From an uncultured Myxococcales bacterium (GTDB lineage: Bacteria; Myxococcota_A; Polyangia; GCA-2747355; CAZCFB01): a DNA stretch of 64,000 nucleotides. Below the pieces are notes generated by a model. The model saw nothing but the letters and a program-made list of their open reading frames with translations. It had not been told where the DNA came from and did not search any database. Within the stretch, counting starts at the first letter, position 1. Each line of letters starts with the position of its first letter. The translations under genes were made by a program, and so were the position numbers. Positions 1-11,994 of the stretch are shown here, piece after piece. Location of the stretch: positions 3,861 through 67,860 of the forward strand of contig CAZEFW010000013.1 of the NCBI GenBank assembly GCA_964511535.1. Reading direction: 5' to 3'.

Positions 1-1539
1 CTGCTGCCGCCGGGCAGCATGGCAGGCCTGGACCAGACCGCCGAGCGGATCTGCGCCGCCATCTGCGAGGGCGAGCCGGTGTCCATTTTCGGTGACTACG
101 ACGTGGACGGCATCTCCTCCACGGCGCTGGTGGGGGACTACCTGCGTCGCGCCGGCGCGCCGGCCCGGCTGCGCGTGGCCCGACGCGACGAGGGCTACGG
201 CTTCGGCGCCGTGCAGGCGCGCGAGATGGCGAGCGATGGGCGGGGCGTGCTGCTGCTGCTGGACTGCGGCACAAGCGACCACGAGGCGGTGACCCTGGCC
301 ACCGAGGCGGGCGTGGACGTGCTGGCGGTGGATCACCACCAGGTGACCCGCGGTGAGTGGCCGGGCATGGCCCTGGTCAATCCCCAGCGGCCCGACTGCG
401 GCTACAGCTTCAAGGACCTGACCACGGTGGGGCTCGCGTTCCACCTCACGGCGCGGCTGCGGCGGCTGCTCCAGGAGCGGGGCAGGGAGGCGCCAGATCC
501 GCGGGCGGGCCTCGACCTCGTGGCCCTGGGCACCATCGCTGACGTGGCGCCCCTGACCCTGGTGAACCGGGTGCTCGTGTCCGCCGGCCTGGAGTACCTG
601 TTCCGCACCCGTCGGCCAGGGCTGCGCGAGCTGATGCGGCTGTGCGACCTGGATCGCAAGAAGCTCACCAGCGAGGACGTGGCCTGGCGCATCAGCCCCA
701 GGCTCAACGCTCCCGGGCGTCTGGGAGACGCCGGGGTCTCGCTGGATTGCCTGTACGAGGACAATCCCGCAGGGGCGTGCGAGGCGGCGGGGCGGTGCCA
801 CAGCCTGAATGACGAGCGGCGGGAGCTCCAGGAGCGGGTGATGGACGAGGCCCTGGTGCAGGGACGCCAGCAGGTGGAGGAGGAGGGCACCGCCTTCGTG
901 CTGGTGGCCAGCGACAGCTGGCACCCGGGGGTGCTCGGCATCGTGGCCGCCCGCCTGACGGAGACCTTCGGCCGCCCCGCCGCCGCGGTGAACATCAACG
1001 GCGACGAGTCACGGGCCAGCGCGCGCGGGGTCCCGGGCATCGACCTGGTGGAGCTCCTGCGTGGCTGCGAGGACAGGCTGGTGCGCTACGGCGGCCACAC
1101 CGCCGCGGCGGGATTCACTGTGCGCCCGGAGGCCATCGAACCCCTGAGGCAGGGCCTCAGCGCTGCAGCCGCGCCCCTGCTGGAGCAGTACGAAGAGGTG
1201 CTCGAGCTGGAGGGCGACCTCGACCTGCAGCAGCTGGACATGGACCTGTGCCGCCAGCTCGAGCGGCTGGCGCCGTTCGGCGAGGGGAACCTGGATCCCA
1301 CGTTCCTCTGTCGTGGGGTGAAGGTGGACAGCGCCCGGGTCGTGGGTCGGGGACACCTGCTGCTGCGGGTGCGACATGGCTCCCGCGCCGTGCGCGCCAT
1401 CGGGTTCAACCTGGGCCACCACATGGAAGATCTGCCCTCCCGGGTCGACCTGGCGTGCAAGGCAGGCATCGACACCTTTCGCGAGCCCAGGGTCCAGCTC
1501 AAGCTCGAGGATCTGCGGCCGGCACAGGAGGCCTCATGA
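1..1539 (+). CDS. recJ: Single-stranded-DNA-specific exonuclease RecJ (5' end probably upstream of the window)
   Basis: DHH phosphoesterase motifs GDYDVDG, DCGT, DHH, LGTIAD, PRLNAPGRL, HPGVLGIVA, RYGGHTAAAG, LAPFGEGN. The frame is open from base 1. Confidence 0.95.
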   Translation: MLPPGSMAGLDQTAERICAAICEGEPVSIFGDYDVDGISSTALVGDYLRRAGAPARLRVARRDEGYGFGAVQAREMASDGRGVLLLLDCGTSDHEAVTLATEAGVDVLAVDHHQVTRGEWPGMALVNPQRPDCGYSFKDLTTVGLAFHLTARLRRLLQERGREAPDPRAGLDLVALGTIADVAPLTLVNRVLVSAGLEYLFRTRRPGLRELMRLCDLDRKKLTSEDVAWRISPRLNAPGRLGDAGVSLDCLYEDNPAGACEAAGRCHSLNDERRELQERVMDEALVQGRQQVEEEGTAFVLVASDSWHPGVLGIVAARLTETFGRPAAAVNINGDESRASARGVPGIDLVELLRGCEDRLVRYGGHTAAAGFTVRPEAIEPLRQGLSAAAAPLLEQYEEVLELEGDLDLQQLDMDLCRQLERLAPFGEGNLDPTFLCRGVKVDSARVVGRGHLLLRVRHGSRAVRAIGFNLGHHMEDLPSRVDLACKAGIDTFREPRVQLKLEDLRPAQEAS

Positions 1540-1775
1540 GCCGCGACGCGGACAGCCCCAGGAGCGCGCAGGACGGGGAGGCCGTGGAGTTCGACCCCAA
1601 CGCCGAGGGGCCGATCAACATGGACTACTACCACGCCACCCGCCGCAAGCCGCGCCCGCCCACCTGGCCCTACCTGATCTCGGCGGTGGTGATGTTGATC
1701 CTGCTCGTGGGAATCGTCTTCTACCAGGACAGCTGCGGGTCAGGCGTCTCGGAGCTCCTCTTCCCCGACAAATAA
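1536..1775 (+). CDS. Small single-pass membrane protein (79 aa)
   Basis: ATG at 1536 overlaps the recJ stop (ATGA). Codon usage is GC3-rich; one hydrophobic helix YLISAVVMLILLVGIVFY follows a basic patch. Confidence 0.75.
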   Translation: MSRDADSPRSAQDGEAVEFDPNAEGPINMDYYHATRRKPRPPTWPYLISAVVMLILLVGIVFYQDSCGSGVSELLFPDK

Positions 1776-1923
1776 GCCTTCTTCGGATTTGACGCGCTGC
1801 GTCCAGTGGATCGTTGACAGGATTTGACGCAACGTGTTAAAAATCCTGGAGGCAGACTGTTTCCGCTTAAACCATGAAGCGTTAAGGCCACATGCGCCGC
1901 CAGAGCCGAGGCACAGAGTCCCC

Positions 1924-2304
1924 ATGAAGAAGGCGTTTCAAGACTCCATTCAGGAAGCCCTGCAGAAGGGATGGGCTGACTTCACGACCACCCTCTCGAA
2001 TATGGAGGGGGAGGTTCAGAAACGCTACCGCCAGGTGCGCGAGCGGGTGGATCCCGGCCAGGCCAAGGTCGAGGTGCAGGAGACCCTGGCCGAGATGGGC
2101 CGAAGGATCCAGCAGAGCAGCGAGGATATCGAGCGTACCGTGGAGGAGCGCGTGCGGACCGTGGTTAGCCGCATCAAGGATCCGCTGGTGGAGGAGCTGG
2201 AGCACCTGCGGCAGCAGGCCGAAAACATCGGCTCCCGCATCGAATCGCAGATCCGCCGACAGAAAAAAGACGAGGACGAGCCTCCCGCCGAGGCGGAGGG
2301 CTGA
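1924..2304 (+). CDS. Small helical/coiled-coil protein, possibly phasin-like
   Basis: ATG at 1924; amphipathic E/Q/R-rich helices; C-terminal 'EELEHLRQQAENIGSRIE' resembles phasin-family tails. Function is inferred. Confidence 0.6.
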   Translation: MKKAFQDSIQEALQKGWADFTTTLSNMEGEVQKRYRQVRERVDPGQAKVEVQETLAEMGRRIQQSSEDIERTVEERVRTVVSRIKDPLVEELEHLRQQAENIGSRIESQIRRQKKDEDEPPAEAEG

Positions 2305-2337
2305 GCCCCCGGCGGGTCGGAGGCGCCGCGCGACCCG

Positions 2338-3213
2338 ATGAACTTTCTGGACCACCCATCAGCAGAACAGCTCCCGTATGAGAGGTGCCAGGTCGTGATG
2401 CTGCCCGTGCCTTACGAGGGCACGGTGAGCTACGGTGCTGGAGCAGCCAGGGGCCCCGCCGCCATCCTCGAGGCCTCCTCCCAGGTGGAGCTGTTCGACC
2501 TGGAGCTGGACCGCGAACCCTGGCGGGTCGGTATCCACATGGCCGCCCCCGTGGAGCCGGGCAACTCGGATCCGGCCAGGATGGCGCAGCGTGTCCAGGA
2601 GGCCTGCGCGATGCACCATGCGGCCGGGAAGCTGGTGATGACGCTGGGCGGCGAGCATGGCGTCGCAGTGGGAGCCTGCCGGGCAGCGGCCCGGGAACAT
2701 GGCGAGCTTTCGATCCTGCAGATCGACGCCCACCTCGACCTGAGGGACAGCTACGACGGTACGCGGTACAGCCACGCATGCACCGCGCGGCGAATGCTCG
2801 ACTGCGGCAGGGTGGTGGCCGTGGGCCCGCGGGTGGCGTGCCCCGAGGAGATGCGGGTGCTGTCGGAGCGAGGCCTGGCGCCGGTGTGGGGCCATGAGCT
2901 GGCAGACCTCGACGACCAGGAGCTCGCGGAGCGGGTGCTGTCCCAGCTGGGACAGAACGTCTACGTCACCCTCGACGTGGACGGCCTGGATCCGTCCATC
3001 ATCCCCGCCACCGGAACCCCCGTGCCTGGCGGGCTCGGCTGGTACCAGACGCTGGCGCTGCTGCGGGCGGTGGGGGAGAAGCGGAAGGTCGTGGGGTGCG
3101 ATATCTGTGAGCTGGCGCCGAGGGAAGGCGACCACCTGTCGGACTTCGCGGCGGCGCTGCTGGCTTACAAGATGGTGGGGTATTTTGGGGATCCGGGCGG
3201 AAGCTCCAGCTAG
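2338..3213 (+). CDS. speB: Agmatinase (ureohydrolase family)
   Basis: Motifs PYEGTVSY, GGEH, DAHLD, SHAC, DVDGLDP, PATGTPVPGG, ELAP. Confidence 0.9.
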   Translation: MNFLDHPSAEQLPYERCQVVMLPVPYEGTVSYGAGAARGPAAILEASSQVELFDLELDREPWRVGIHMAAPVEPGNSDPARMAQRVQEACAMHHAAGKLVMTLGGEHGVAVGACRAAAREHGELSILQIDAHLDLRDSYDGTRYSHACTARRMLDCGRVVAVGPRVACPEEMRVLSERGLAPVWGHELADLDDQELAERVLSQLGQNVYVTLDVDGLDPSIIPATGTPVPGGLGWYQTLALLRAVGEKRKVVGCDICELAPREGDHLSDFAAALLAYKMVGYFGDPGGSSS

Positions 3214-3325
3214 CAGACAAACAAAAAACTAGAAACAAAAAATGCTGAATGAAAAATGGAAACGCTCCCCCGCCGGGAGCATGTTCATTTGTCATTTCTA
3301 GTTTCTAGTTCCTTATTTTTTGTTC
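3214..3325. repeat. AT-rich heptamer-built inverted repeat between convergent genes; possible bidirectional terminator
   Basis: Left arm AACAAAAAACTAGAAACAAAAAATG, right arm CATTTCTAGTTTCTAGTTCCTTATTTTTTGTT, central GCTCCC-CCGCC-GGGAGC hairpin. Confidence 0.7.
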
Positions 3326-3343
3326 CCGCGCCGAAGGCGCGGG

Positions 3344-3964
3344 TCACCCTTCTTTGATCAGCCGCCTCACGACTTCCTTCAGCCGCTGCGAGCCGCCGCC
3401 GTCCCGGTAGATGAATCGCACGCCGGTTCCCTCGGCGCCGCAGTGGCTCACCTTGGCGGCGATGTCCATCGGGCTGGCGCCGCCGGGAGTGACCAGCTCG
3501 ATGATCAGATCCTCGTCGCTGGTCAACTCTTCCTCGGTGATGAGCAGGGCGCCGCCGATGGAGATGTCGTGCAGCTGGGCCTCGTGGAGCTCCGAGGAGT
3601 CGGCGCGGCGGAACTGTACATCCACCGTGACCGGGATACGCGCGTGGCGTCGACGCACCGCGTCGGCGGCCTCCCCCTGGGCGAGCCCCTTGATGAACTG
3701 GAGCGTCTCCAGATCCGCCTCATCAAAGCTGATCTGGGCGCCAGCCCGGACCCGCAGGCGGGGCAGGGCCGCCCGCCACCAGACCACGCGTCCGCGCACC
3801 AACATCTTGTTTGGCAGCTCGGGAAAGTGGACCTCGACCACCACGCGCTGGCCTTCGTTGAGGGGCGTGGTGACCGGGCAGAACAGCTGGGAGGCGTCCG
3901 CGTCGTCGGCGAAGGACTCCATGAACTCTTGACCGCTTCTGAACCTGGCTTTGAGTATCTTCAT
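3344..3964 (-). CDS. Tandem PilZ-domain protein (probable c-di-GMP receptor)
   Basis: C-terminal domain has RxxxR (RRHAR) and DxSxxG (DISIGG) and ends GVRF; the N-terminal PilZ-like domain has RGRVVW. Confidence 0.85.
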   Translation of the reverse strand: MKILKARFRSGQEFMESFADDADASQLFCPVTTPLNEGQRVVVEVHFPELPNKMLVRGRVVWWRAALPRLRVRAGAQISFDEADLETLQFIKGLAQGEAADAVRRRHARIPVTVDVQFRRADSSELHEAQLHDISIGGALLITEEELTSDEDLIIELVTPGGASPMDIAAKVSHCGAEGTGVRFIYRDGGGSQRLKEVVRRLIKEG

Positions 3965-4084
3965 GGGTAGTTTTTGGAAGATACATCACCTTAGATGTGA
4001 CTGACAATATTTCAGTTCATCCAGTCTTTTGGGTTTTTTTCGTACTTGATAGCGGACGCAGTCCGATGGATCATCTGGCCCGCC

Positions 4085-4801
4085 ATGACCGAGAAGATCC
4101 TCATCATCATCCCCACATACAACGAGTGCGATAACATCCGTCCCCTCACGGCCGCGATCCAACAGCGCCTGCCGGAGGCCCACCTGCTGTTCGTGGACGA
4201 CGCCTCCCCGGACGGCACAGGCGTGCTGGCGGACTCCCTCGCCGAAACGGACGACCGGATCCAGGTTCTACACCGCGCCGGCAAGCTCGGACTCGGCACG
4301 GCCTACATCGACGGGTTCCGCTTCGCCCTTGACCGGGACTACGAGTACATCTTCGAGATGGACGCCGACTTCTCGCACAACCCCGACCACCTGCCCGCGT
4401 TCCTGGCCGCAGCCCAGGGCGGCGCCGACCTGGTGCTCGGCTCCCGCTACGTACCGGGGGGCGGCACCGTGAACTGGGGGGTCAGCCGCAAGATCATCAG
4501 CCGCGGCGGGAGCCTTTATGCCCGGACCATCCTGGGGGTCAAGGTCAAGGACCTCACCGGCGGCTTCAAGTGCTTCCGGCGACGGGTGCTGGAGGCCATC
4601 GACCTGGACTCGATCCGCTCCGAGGGCTACTCGTTCCAGGTGGAGATGACCTACCGGACCCTGCGCCACGGCTTCTCGGTGCAGGAGGTGCCCATCACCT
4701 TCGTGGACCGAAGGGTGGGGCAGTCGAAGATGTCGCGGGACATCTTCCTCGAGGCGATCTGGATGGTCTGGAAGCTGCGCCTGGGCGGCGACGGCAGCTA
4801 G
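4085..4801 (+). CDS. Polyprenol monophosphomannose synthase (GT2, Ppm1/DPM1-like)
   Basis: Motifs IIPTYNE, VDDASPDGT, KLGLGTAY, EMDADFSH, GSRY, DLTGGFK, GYSFQVE, FVDRRVGQSKMS. Confidence 0.92.
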   Translation: MTEKILIIIPTYNECDNIRPLTAAIQQRLPEAHLLFVDDASPDGTGVLADSLAETDDRIQVLHRAGKLGLGTAYIDGFRFALDRDYEYIFEMDADFSHNPDHLPAFLAAAQGGADLVLGSRYVPGGGTVNWGVSRKIISRGGSLYARTILGVKVKDLTGGFKCFRRRVLEAIDLDSIRSEGYSFQVEMTYRTLRHGFSVQEVPITFVDRRVGQSKMSRDIFLEAIWMVWKLRLGGDGS

Positions 4802-4960
4802 GCACCGATCAGGTAAAGGGACCGAGCCAGGCGAAGCAACTGGAATCACAGGCGCGAAGCGAGGAGGGAGCTTGCTTGTGGCAAGCGACCGACGAGCGAC
4901 AAAGCCTGTGGTTTCAGGGGCGAGTCTGGGGACGGGAGTTAACCTGTTCGGTGCTTCTAG
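4798..4960 (+). mobile_element. MITE-like structured repeat, copy 1
   Basis: Terminal inverted repeats GCACCGATCAGGT (4802-4814) / ACCTGTTCGGTGC (4942-4954), with CTAG on both sides. Near-identical to 22830-22992; core shared with 39862-40018. Confidence 0.85.
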
Positions 4961-5919
4961 CTGCCGCTCCCCTCCAACAGGGCCTCCAGCCACGCGCCGA
5001 AGGCCTCGGTGCGCACCACGGCGTGGGCCACAGGGGTGGCGCGCTCCAGCGCCAGGTCGCGCACGGCGTCCTCCACGCCGAGCTCCGCCAGCAGGGCCCG
5101 CATGCTCTTGCCCGCCTCGCGCTCCAGCCCGGCCCGCAGCTCACCCCGCAGGGCCTCGCGCACCTCTTCTCTCGCCAGGTTGTGCGCCAGGAGCCGCGGC
5201 ACCAGGGCCCAGATCTCGTCGGTGGGCATCTTGGCCAGCTCCTCGTAGAAGAAGCTCACCTCCCTGCGCAGAGCCTTGTCGAACAGGTCGGCGCGCATGG
5301 CGCCCTGGAGCTTCAGCCCTCCGTCGGAGGAGGCGAGCTCGACGATCTTGCCGGTGAGGCGCGCCATGGACTGGTCCAGGAACTCGCGGACGCGCTGCTC
5401 CATCCCCTTCTCCAGCCCCTTGCCGGCGGCCCCGAGCAGCCCCTTGCCAGCGCGCTTGCCGAAGGCGCCCACCAGGCCGGCGGCGCCCGAGAGCCCGGGC
5501 AGCTTGCTCCGCTGCAGGAACCCGAGCAGGGCCTCCTGCACCACCGCGCCGAGCATGGAGCGCACGGCTTTCTGATCCACCAGGTCCTGGATGATCTCGG
5601 GGTTGATGGGCAGCGGCCGCTGCAGCAGCGCGGCCATCTCCGGCACCATCTCCCCGGGCACCGCCGCGGACACCGGCTCCGCGGTCTGGCGGGCCCTGGT
5701 CCGCTCGCGGGCGGCCGCCGGCTTCAGGTAACGGTCGATCACCTCGGAGGTGACCCCCTCGCTCAGGGCGGCGTCCACGGCCCGGACGATCCACTCCACC
5801 TCCACGAGGTGGTCCACCGGCAGGTCGAGCACCGCGTCCACCGCCAGGGTCACCAGGTCGTCCAGGGCCCCGCCCTCGGCCTTCAGCGCCTCGAGCAGGT
5901 CTTTTTCGGAAAGGGCCAT
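4957..5919 (-). CDS. Hypothetical alpha-helical protein (320 aa)
   Basis: Start overlaps the response-regulator stop (TGATG); typical codon bias; no recognisable catalytic motif. Confidence 0.75.
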   Translation of the reverse strand: MALSEKDLLEALKAEGGALDDLVTLAVDAVLDLPVDHLVEVEWIVRAVDAALSEGVTSEVIDRYLKPAAARERTRARQTAEPVSAAVPGEMVPEMAALLQRPLPINPEIIQDLVDQKAVRSMLGAVVQEALLGFLQRSKLPGLSGAAGLVGAFGKRAGKGLLGAAGKGLEKGMEQRVREFLDQSMARLTGKIVELASSDGGLKLQGAMRADLFDKALRREVSFFYEELAKMPTDEIWALVPRLLAHNLAREEVREALRGELRAGLEREAGKSMRALLAELGVEDAVRDLALERATPVAHAVVRTEAFGAWLEALLEGSGS

Positions 5920-7295
5920 CAGGCGTCCTCCTCGTACTGCCGCAGCTTCTTCCAGAGCGTGGTGCGGTTGATGCCGAGCACCTCGGCGGCGCGGGTCTTC
6001 TGGCCCCCCACCTCCTGCAGCATATGCTCGATGTGGTGTCGCTCCACCTCCTCCAGGCTCTGGCCCTCGAAGGGATATGGCGGCGGCGCCAGGCGCGGGG
6101 CCTCATCGGCAGGGGCAGGGTCCACCGGCCCGTCGGCCACGTCGGCCACGTCGATTACCGGGTCCGAGCTCAGGATCACCGCGCGCTCCATGACGTTCTC
6201 CAGCTCCCGCACGTTGCCAGGCCAGGGCTGGGCCCGCAGGTGCTCCAGCGCGCCGTCGGTGATCCCCTCGATGCGCTTGCGCGCCTTGAGGGCCGAGGCC
6301 CGCAGGAACCGGTCGACCAGCAGCGGGATGTCCTCGCGCCGCTCCCGCAGCGGCGGCACCCGCAGCCCGACCACGTTGAGGCGGTAGAACAGGTCCTCAC
6401 GGAAGCGCCCCTCTTCCACCGCCTCGGTCAGCTCGCGGTTGGTGGCGGCCACCACCCGCACGTCGACCCGGCGGGTCTCCAGCCCGCCCACCGGCTTGAC
6501 CTCGCCCTCTTGCAGCATGCGCAGCAGCTTGGGCTGCAGGTCCAGGGCCAGCTCGCCCACCTCGTCCAGGAAGAGGGTCCCCTTGTCCGCCGTGGAGACC
6601 AGGCCCATCTTGCTGGCGTGGGCGCCAGTGAAGGCGCCGCGCACATGGCCGAACAGCTCGCTCTCCAGCAGGGTGCCCACCAGGGAGCCGCAGTTCACGG
6701 TGACGAAGGAGCGCGCCGCGCGCAGGCTGTGGACATGGATCGCCCGGGCGAACAGCTCCTTGCCGGTGCCGCTCTCGCCCTGGACCAGCACGGTGGTGTC
6801 GGAGCGGGCCACCTTGCGGGCCGTCTCGAACAGCTTGCGCATGGCAGGCGAGACGCCCACGATGCTGTCGAGGCCATGCTTGGAGCGCAGGTCCCGGCGC
6901 AGCCGCTCGTTCTCCTCGGCCAGCCGCCGCTCCTTGAGCGCGCGGGCCACCACCAGGCGGATCTCGTCGGGGGTGAACGGCTTGGTGATGTAGTCCCGGG
7001 CGCCCTCCTTCATGCCGCGCACCGCCGTGTCGATGCTCGGGTAGCCGGTGACCAGGATCACCACCTGATCCGGCCGGTCGGCCAGCATCCGACGGCACAG
7101 CTCGATCCCGTCCATGGCGGGCATCTTGATGTCGGCGAGCACCACGTCGTACTCGCCCTTGTTGAACATGCCGAGCGCCACGGGCGCGGAGTCTGCGGTG
7201 TCCACCTGGTAGCCAGCGCGACGCAGGATGTCCGCGCTGAGGGTGCGGACGCCGCGCTCGTCATCCACTACGAGGATCGAAGCTGAAGCGGTCAT
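5919..7295 (-). CDS. Sigma54-dependent response regulator (NtrC/AtoC family: REC-AAA+-Fis HTH)
   Basis: ILVVDDE, DIKMP, KPF; GESGTGKE; ESELFGHVRGAFTGA; FLDEVGE; FREDLFYRL; WPGNVREL; AAEVLGINRTTLWKKL. Confidence 0.95.
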   Translation of the reverse strand: MTASASILVVDDERGVRTLSADILRRAGYQVDTADSAPVALGMFNKGEYDVVLADIKMPAMDGIELCRRMLADRPDQVVILVTGYPSIDTAVRGMKEGARDYITKPFTPDEIRLVVARALKERRLAEENERLRRDLRSKHGLDSIVGVSPAMRKLFETARKVARSDTTVLVQGESGTGKELFARAIHVHSLRAARSFVTVNCGSLVGTLLESELFGHVRGAFTGAHASKMGLVSTADKGTLFLDEVGELALDLQPKLLRMLQEGEVKPVGGLETRRVDVRVVAATNRELTEAVEEGRFREDLFYRLNVVGLRVPPLRERREDIPLLVDRFLRASALKARKRIEGITDGALEHLRAQPWPGNVRELENVMERAVILSSDPVIDVADVADGPVDPAPADEAPRLAPPPYPFEGQSLEEVERHHIEHMLQEVGGQKTRAAEVLGINRTTLWKKLRQYEEDA

Positions 7296-7346
7296 GCAGG
7301 CATTTGAAGCCAAACCGGCCCGACGGTCAACGGGCAGTGGTGGAGA

Positions 7347-8402
7347 TCACCCCGGGCCAGCCTCCCGGATGCGCTGCAGCGCGGCCTGCACGGCGTCCTC
7401 GTCGAGCACCCCCTCCGCCGTCGCCGCGGCATCCATGGCCTCGAACACCCGGCTGTTGCCCCAGCTGCGCTGGTAGCCCGCATCGCCCAGCAGCAGGACC
7501 CGCTCACCGTCGAGGGCCGGGATGTCCGCGGGCACGCCCTCGTTCCAGACCCAGTGGTCGCTGCCGGCGGGGCCCTGGTCCATGGCGCCCGCCCCCAGGG
7601 CCGTCCAGGCGTAGAGGTCCCAGGCGCCGGACACGGTGTCCGGCAGCTCCTGCGGCCCGGCCCCCCGCGCCACCGCCACCCAGTCCTGCGGCGGCGGATC
7701 CCCTGGCAGGATCCCTCCCCCGAGCAGGGTGTCCATGAGCATCACGTGCAGCTGGAAGTTGTCGGCGATGCCCGAGATGCGCAGGCGGGCGCCGCGGCCC
7801 TGCCGCGGGTGCAGCACCAGCAGCGGCTCATCGTCCAGCACCTGCAGCAGGGTCCAGACGAAGGCGCCGCCCCCGTCGTGGCGGCGCAACACGTCGGCGG
7901 CGCCTGCCAGCTGCGCGCGGACCAGCTCCCGGCCCTCGGCGGACGGGCTGAACACGGCCACCGTGGGCAGGTAGAGCGTGTGCAGGGCGGTCCAGGCCGC
8001 GTCCCCCTCGGGCTCTTCGGCGGCGGCGCGAGCCCGCGCCTCGGGGTCGCTCACCGGGTCATGCTCCTCGTCGGTGCGCTGCGCCTCCAGGCGCTCCAGG
8101 AAGCGGTCCATGGGGCCCAGGGCCCGGGCCAGGATGGCCGCCAGCGGCAGGAACGCGGGCCGCGGGTCGGCGCCGGACTCCACCAGCGCGCCAGCCACCA
8201 GGGCGCCGAAAGCGGCGCGCCCATGATCCTGCAGGGGCGTGATGCTCCGACAGAGCAGCGAGAGGTAGAGATCCGGGGCGCCGGCGCTCTGCTCCAGCAG
8301 CACCGACGCCGCGTCCCGCAGCGCCTCGTTGTCCGCGTCGGGGCTCTGCAGGGCGGCCATGAACCCTGCCACGAGGCGACGGTACGGCGTGGTCGCGTCC
8401 AT
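7347..8402 (-). CDS. Hypothetical protein between the kinase and regulator genes
   Basis: Abuts the histidine kinase stop; helical N-half; C-half has conserved-looking motifs GIADNFQLH, WVWNEGVPADIP, YQRSW. Confidence 0.75.
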   Translation of the reverse strand: MDATTPYRRLVAGFMAALQSPDADNEALRDAASVLLEQSAGAPDLYLSLLCRSITPLQDHGRAAFGALVAGALVESGADPRPAFLPLAAILARALGPMDRFLERLEAQRTDEEHDPVSDPEARARAAAEEPEGDAAWTALHTLYLPTVAVFSPSAEGRELVRAQLAGAADVLRRHDGGGAFVWTLLQVLDDEPLLVLHPRQGRGARLRISGIADNFQLHVMLMDTLLGGGILPGDPPPQDWVAVARGAGPQELPDTVSGAWDLYAWTALGAGAMDQGPAGSDHWVWNEGVPADIPALDGERVLLLGDAGYQRSWGNSRVFEAMDAAATAEGVLDEDAVQAALQRIREAGPG

Positions 8403-10591
<2,189 letters not shown>

Positions 10592-10595
<4 letters not shown>

Positions 10596-11908
10596 CGGTC
10601 CCCTCCGGCGTCAGGGGTCTGCAGCGGGGGGCCGAGCAGCCGGCGCCAGGCGCGGGCCACGCCGTCGAGGGCCTCGGCGGGGGTCGCGTCCCCGCGGAGC
10701 ACGGCCTGCACCGCCGGCGTGAAGTCGTCGAAGATGCGCGCCATGGCAGGGTGCCGTGGCCGGCCCCGTGTCTGCTTGAGCGCCGCCGCGAAGTCACCCA
10801 CCAGGCGATTGGATCGCACCGCGGTCTGGTGGTACGCAGCGCGCAGAGCGGGCAGCAGGTGGCTCTCGCCGGCGAACTGCACCTGCGCCTCCATCCCGGC
10901 CAGGGCGGCGGCGAGCTTCCACGCCTCGGCCGGCTTGCGGGCGCACTTGCTCACCATGTACCCGTGGCCGGAGAAGGGCGCGATGGGCTTGCCCGAGGGG
11001 CCGAGCGGGAAGGGCGCGATGCCGAGCTTCTGCATGTCGCGGAAGGCGGGCTGCTCCAGCAGCGAGGCGATGGCCCACGGGCCGTTGGCGATCATGGCCA
11101 CGTCCCCCCGGCCGAACAGGCGGGTCATCTCGCCGTAATCATCCGACGGCTTGCTGTTGGGTGGGCCGGCGCCCTCTGCCCGGATCAGACCGCCGTAGCG
11201 CGCCAGGGCACGCACCGCCGGCGGGCGGTTGATGAAGATCTGCCGCGTGGTTGGGTCCAGCAGCGCGCCGCCTTCGGCCCAGAGGAAGGGGAGGAACCAG
11301 TACGCCTCCCCTCGCACGAAGAAGCCCCACCGGCGACCGCCGCCGGGCTGGCCAGCGGTGTCGCCTGCCGGGGCGGCGCCGGTCAGCTCTCTGGCCCGGG
11401 CCACCAGGCGGCCAAGGGTGCGCGGCGGGGAGGGCACGAGGTCGGTGTTGTAGAGCAGGGCCAGGCAGTCGAGGCTGGCCGGCAGCATCCATCGCTTGCC
11501 CTGGTAGCGGGCCGCCCTGGCCGCCCGGGGCAGGTAGCTCGCCTCGCGGATCAGCCCGTCCGGGACCGGGTGCACCAGGCCCCGGCTGGCCAGCTCCGCC
11601 ACCCAGGGCAGCTCGGCCCGGAACAGGTCGGGGGCGCTGTCCCCGCAGCGCGTGGCCGCCCGACGCAGCTCGTTCTGGGCGCGGGCGAAGGGGATCACGG
11701 TGGCGTGGACAGCCAGCTCCGGGCGCTGTGAGCGGATCCTCGCCAGCAGCCGGTTCAGGGTGGCGGTCTCGTCGGGGTTGAAGGTGTGCCAAAGGTTGAG
11801 CACCACCGAAGGAGGCGGGGCAGCGCTCGGCCGGGTCGCGCGCTTGCAGCCGGCCAGGACCGGGCCACAGCACAGGAGCAGCAACAGGATGCGGTTGACG
11901 GGGCGCAT
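10592..11908 (-). CDS. Extracellular solute-binding lipoprotein (MalE/carbohydrate-binding family 1-like)
   Basis: Lipobox VLAGC; LWHTF, APDLF, LLYNTDL, FLWAEGG, FGRGDVAMIANGPW. Its stop overlaps the kinase start (GTGA). Confidence 0.88.
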
Positions 11909-11936
11909 GAGATTCGACTAACCCTACCAGCGTTGC

Positions 11937-11981
11937 CGTCCACTGTTGACTGTCGACTGTCGGCTGTCGACCGTTGTCTGT
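11937..11981. repeat. Degenerate heptamer tandem repeat (TGTCGAC-type)
   Basis: CGTCCAC TGTTGAC TGTCGAC TGTCGGC TGTCGAC CGTTGTC, in a divergent intergenic region. Confidence 0.75.
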
Positions 11982-11994
11982 AAACTGGAGCCCC

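Noticed and set aside
1248-1535. N-terminal ORF extensions (1248..1775, 38931..39863, 42704..43837, 45101..46435)
   Set aside because: They overlap real neighbouring genes; downstream starts have an RBS, a signal peptide or stop/start coupling.
4798-4960. Structured element as tRNA, SRP RNA or riboswitch
   Set aside because: No cloverleaf or TTC/CCA signature; it is multi-copy, bounded by terminal inverted repeats, and located at gene 3' ends rather than in leaders.
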